Source: Thermoanaerobaculia bacterium (GTDB lineage Bacteria; Acidobacteriota; Thermoanaerobaculia; Multivoradales; UBA5704). From it: a stretch of DNA of 16,547 bases. How positions within the stretch are numbered: position 1 is the stretch's first letter; each line of letters begins with the position of its first letter. The stretch lies in contig JBGAGQ010000097.1 of the NCBI GenBank assembly GCA_044226625.1, positions 1 through 16,547 of the forward strand. Reading direction: 5' to 3'. This document shows, one piece after another, positions 13,930-16,547 of this stretch. A model generated the notes under the pieces. The model was not told the origin of the DNA and did no database searches. It worked only from the letters and a program-made list of their open reading frames with translations. The translations under genes and the position numbers were made by a program.

Positions 13930-15414
13930 ATGGCCGACCGGGCCTCGAACGTTTCGCTCCGGCATTCCGACGCGCGCATCTGGTGGATCGCCGGGGCGGC
14001 GCTGCTCGCGACGCTTGCGCTCGCCGCGGGGATCGTGCTCGAAGAGCGGCGCTTGACGAGCGGCGAGCAGCTGTTGATCCGTACCGCGCGCAACGACGGG
14101 CGGCACCTCGCGGGACTGCTCGCCGCGGAGCTTCGCCATACCGGCTGCTCGCGGCTTGCCGAGGTCGCCTCCGAAGAGCGCTTCGAGCGGCAGGCGATCC
14201 GGGCGGTCTCGGAGTCGCCCGAGATCAGCTACCTTTACGTCCTCAACGCGAACGGCGAGATCGTCTGGAGCTCGAACGAGGGCACGCTCGGAAGCCAATG
14301 GCGCGGCGGCGTGCCCGAAGACTTCCTGAACGAAGGGGCGCAGCGGGCGCGCGTCCCCGATCCGGGCGCGCCGAGCGACGCCGACGTCTTCGTCGAATTG
14401 GTTTCGGCGGCCGGGGCCGCGCCCCGCTGCGGTGCGGTGGTCGTCGGACTCTCGGAACGCGGGCTCGCCCAGCGATTGGAGCGCGGCACGTCGCGCATGC
14501 TCTGGAGCCTCGCGGGCATCCTCGGCTCGATCCTGATCGCCGTCGGCGGCGCGAGCCGGGCGCTCGCGAACCGGCAAGGGGAGGCGATCCGCCGCCGCGC
14601 CCAGGCGGAGCATCTGGCCGAGATCGGCCTGCTCGCCGCGGGACTCGCGCACGAGCTGCGGAACCCCTTGAACGCGATCCATTTCGCCTCGGATTCGCTC
14701 GCCCTGCGCGCCCGGCAACGGACCGACGACTCGTCGACCGAGATGGTCGAGATCACCGAGGAGATCACCCAGGAGGTCTCGGAGCTCGACCGGATCGTCC
14801 GCTCGTTCCTCTCCTATGCGCGGGAGTTTCGCGACCTGCCCGAGGATCTCGACGTCGCGGCGCTCGCGCGCTCCGCGCTCACGGTGGCAAGGCCCGAGCT
14901 CGACCGCTCGGGGGCCGAGGTGTCGCTCGACGTACCGTCGGAGCCGGTCGAGGCGCACCTGCCCGCCGGTCCCCTCCGGCAGGTGCTCGTGAACCTGCTC
15001 CAGAACGCCGCGCAGGCGTGCGGCCCGGGCCGGACGATCGTCCTCCGCGTCCGAGAGACCGAGACCTCCGTCTGGCTTGCGGTCGAGGACGACGGCCCGG
15101 GTGTGCCCGAGGCGCTCCGCAAGACGTTGTTCCAACCGTTCGCGACCGGACGGAAGGAGGGGACCGGTCTGGGTCTCGCGATCTGCCGCCGGCTCGTGAC
15201 GGCGATGGAGGGGACGATCCGCCACGAGGACCTCGCCCCGGGAAGCCGGTTTTCGGTCGAGCTGCCGAAACGCCTGGGCGCTCGCGCCGTACGGCGGTCT
15301 CCTAGCCTCTCCCCTGTCGCGTCCGCGTCCCCTAGCCCGTCCGCCTCTCCCTCCCTCTCCGCGATCCCCCCGTCCGCTTCGACCGAGAACCGGAGGAATT
15401 CCAAAACGCCATGA
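13930..15414 (+). CDS. Membrane sensor histidine kinase (NtrB/ZraS-type), about 494 aa
   Basis: Two TM helices flanking an extracytoplasmic domain; H-box LAAGLAHELRNPLNAI, N-box QVLVNLLQNAAQA, DDGPGV, LFQPFATGRKEGTGLGLAI; Ser/Pro-rich tail. Start chosen at MADRAS. Confidence 0.92.
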   Translation: MADRASNVSLRHSDARIWWIAGAALLATLALAAGIVLEERRLTSGEQLLIRTARNDGRHLAGLLAAELRHTGCSRLAEVASEERFERQAIRAVSESPEISYLYVLNANGEIVWSSNEGTLGSQWRGGVPEDFLNEGAQRARVPDPGAPSDADVFVELVSAAGAAPRCGAVVVGLSERGLAQRLERGTSRMLWSLAGILGSILIAVGGASRALANRQGEAIRRRAQAEHLAEIGLLAAGLAHELRNPLNAIHFASDSLALRARQRTDDSSTEMVEITEEITQEVSELDRIVRSFLSYAREFRDLPEDLDVAALARSALTVARPELDRSGAEVSLDVPSEPVEAHLPAGPLRQVLVNLLQNAAQACGPGRTIVLRVRETETSVWLAVEDDGPGVPEALRKTLFQPFATGRKEGTGLGLAICRRLVTAMEGTIRHEDLAPGSRFSVELPKRLGARAVRRSPSLSPVASASPSPSASPSLSAIPPSASTENRRNSKTP

Positions 15415-16547
15415 CGACACGCGTTCCGATCCATCCGATCCACGTCCTCCTGGTCGAGGACGACGAGGCAGGGCAGAAAGCGCTCGCGCGCTACCTTCGG
15501 GACGTGGGCTTCCAGGTGACCGCCGTCGCCGACGCCGAGGCGGCCGAGGCGCTCCTCGACGACGGCGACGTCTCGGTGCTGCTCACCGACTTCAAGCTCC
15601 CCGGCATCGACGGCATCGAGCTGGTCCGCCGGGTGAAGGCTCGCGCCCCGAGCTGCCCTTGTTTGATGATCACCGCGCACGGCGAGGTGCAGAGCGCGGT
15701 CGAGGCGATGCGCGCCGGGGCGAGCCATTTCGTCGAGAAGCCGGTGAACTCCGCCCTCTTGGTCGAATTGATCAAGGAGGCCTACGAGAAGCATGCGCTC
15801 CGCTTGGAGCTCGACCATCTACGCCGACAGCTCAACGAGCGGTACGGCTTCGACCACCTGGTCGGCAACTCCCCCGCGATGCGCGCCGTGCTCGATCGGA
15901 TCAAGCTCGCGGCGCCTTCGTCTTCCACCGTCTTGATCACCGGCGAGTCGGGCACCGGCAAGGAGCTGGTGGCACGCGCGCTCCACCTGAACAGCTTGCG
16001 CAAAGCTGGTCCGTTCGTAGCGGTCAACTGCGCGGCGCTCTCCGAGAGCCTCGTCGAGAGCGAGCTGTTCGGCCACGAAAAAGGGGCGTTCACGGGAGCG
16101 CAGGCGACCCGGCGTGGCTTCTTCGAGGCTGCGGAAGCAGGGACGCTGTTCATCGACGAGATCGGCGACCTGCCGCTCGCGCTCCAGCCGAAGATCCTGC
16201 GCGCGCTCGAGCTGCGGGCGATCACCCGCGTCGGCTCGACGCGCGAGATCCCGGTCGACGTCCGGATCATCGCGGCGACCCATCAGGGACTCGAAAAAAT
16301 GGTGAAGGAAGGCCGGTTCCGCGCCGATCTCTTTTACCGATTGGCGGTGATCCGGATCGAGCTGCCGCCGCTCGAAGGCCGCAGGGAGGACATCCGTCTG
16401 CTCATCCAATCCTTCCTCGAACCGCTCGCCGTGGCCGCCGGGCGCCCGCCGTTCGAGATCAGCCCCGAGGCGCTCGACGCGCTCGAATGCTACGACTGGC
16501 CGGGCAACGTCCGGGAGCTGAAAAACCTGATCGAATCGCTCGTGGTG
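15411..16547 (+). CDS. NtrC-family sigma-54-dependent response regulator (REC + AAA+), 3'-truncated by the window
   Basis: Not in the ORF track because it has no stop. My translation from ATG 15411 (ATGA overlap with the kinase stop): VLLVEDD...LLTDFKLPGIDG...MITAHG...FVEKP, GESGTGKE, ESELFGHEKGAFTGA, LFIDEIGD, FRADLFYRL, WPGNVRELKN. Confidence 0.95.
   Translation, partial: MTTRVPIHPIHVLLVEDDEAGQKALARYLRDVGFQVTAVADAEAAEALLDDGDVSVLLTDFKLPGIDGIELVRRVKARAPSCPCLMITAHGEVQSAVEAMRAGASHFVEKPVNSALLVELIKEAYEKHALRLELDHLRRQLNERYGFDHLVGNSPAMRAVLDRIKLAAPSSSTVLITGESGTGKELVARALHLNSLRKAGPFVAVNCAALSESLVESELFGHEKGAFTGAQATRRGFFEAAEAGTLFIDEIGDLPLALQPKILRALELRAITRVGSTREIPVDVRIIAATHQGLEKMVKEGRFRADLFYRLAVIRIELPPLEGRREDIRLLIQSFLEPLAVAAGRPPFEISPEALDALECYDWPGNVRELKNLIESLVV

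Noticed and set aside
15295-15385. Ser/Pro-rich low-complexity kinase tail as a separate repeat element
   Set aside because: Irregular, with no fixed period; most simply a disordered C-terminal extension.
13290-16409. ORFs 13290..15305 (+), 13699..15420 (-), 14814..15818 (-), 15819..16409 (-) and the extended starts at 13627 and 14093
   Set aside because: Shadow frames of the kinase and regulator; the extended starts would run through the divergent promoter region.

Overview
High-GC bacterial window; gene style suggests Acidobacteriota or Myxococcota, which is inference only. Left part: 3' end of mprF, a PAS-PAS-GGDEF-EAL gene overlapping an upstream class I/II aminotransferase, two tandem paralogous secreted beta-helix proteins separated by an attenuator-like leader, and a LeuD-LeuC-order aconitase-family fusion coupled to a zinc-ribbon rhomboid protease. 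Central accessory patch (about 9130-13240): an inverted REP-like pair, a 977-aa Mrr-like nuclease + STAND NTPase + TPR protein (Avs/NLR-like defence candidate) with an amyloid-motif-like linker, a leaderless MNT antitoxin whose HEPN partner breaks off after about 14 codons, then an unexplained block with a 16-bp palindrome, a perfect 19-bp inverted repeat and an indel-free degenerate array of about 14-15 x 21 bp. Right part: a small exported protein with a sigma-54 promoter, divergent from a histidine kinase and an NtrC-family regulator (zraP/zraSR-like layout). The regulator runs off the window end.
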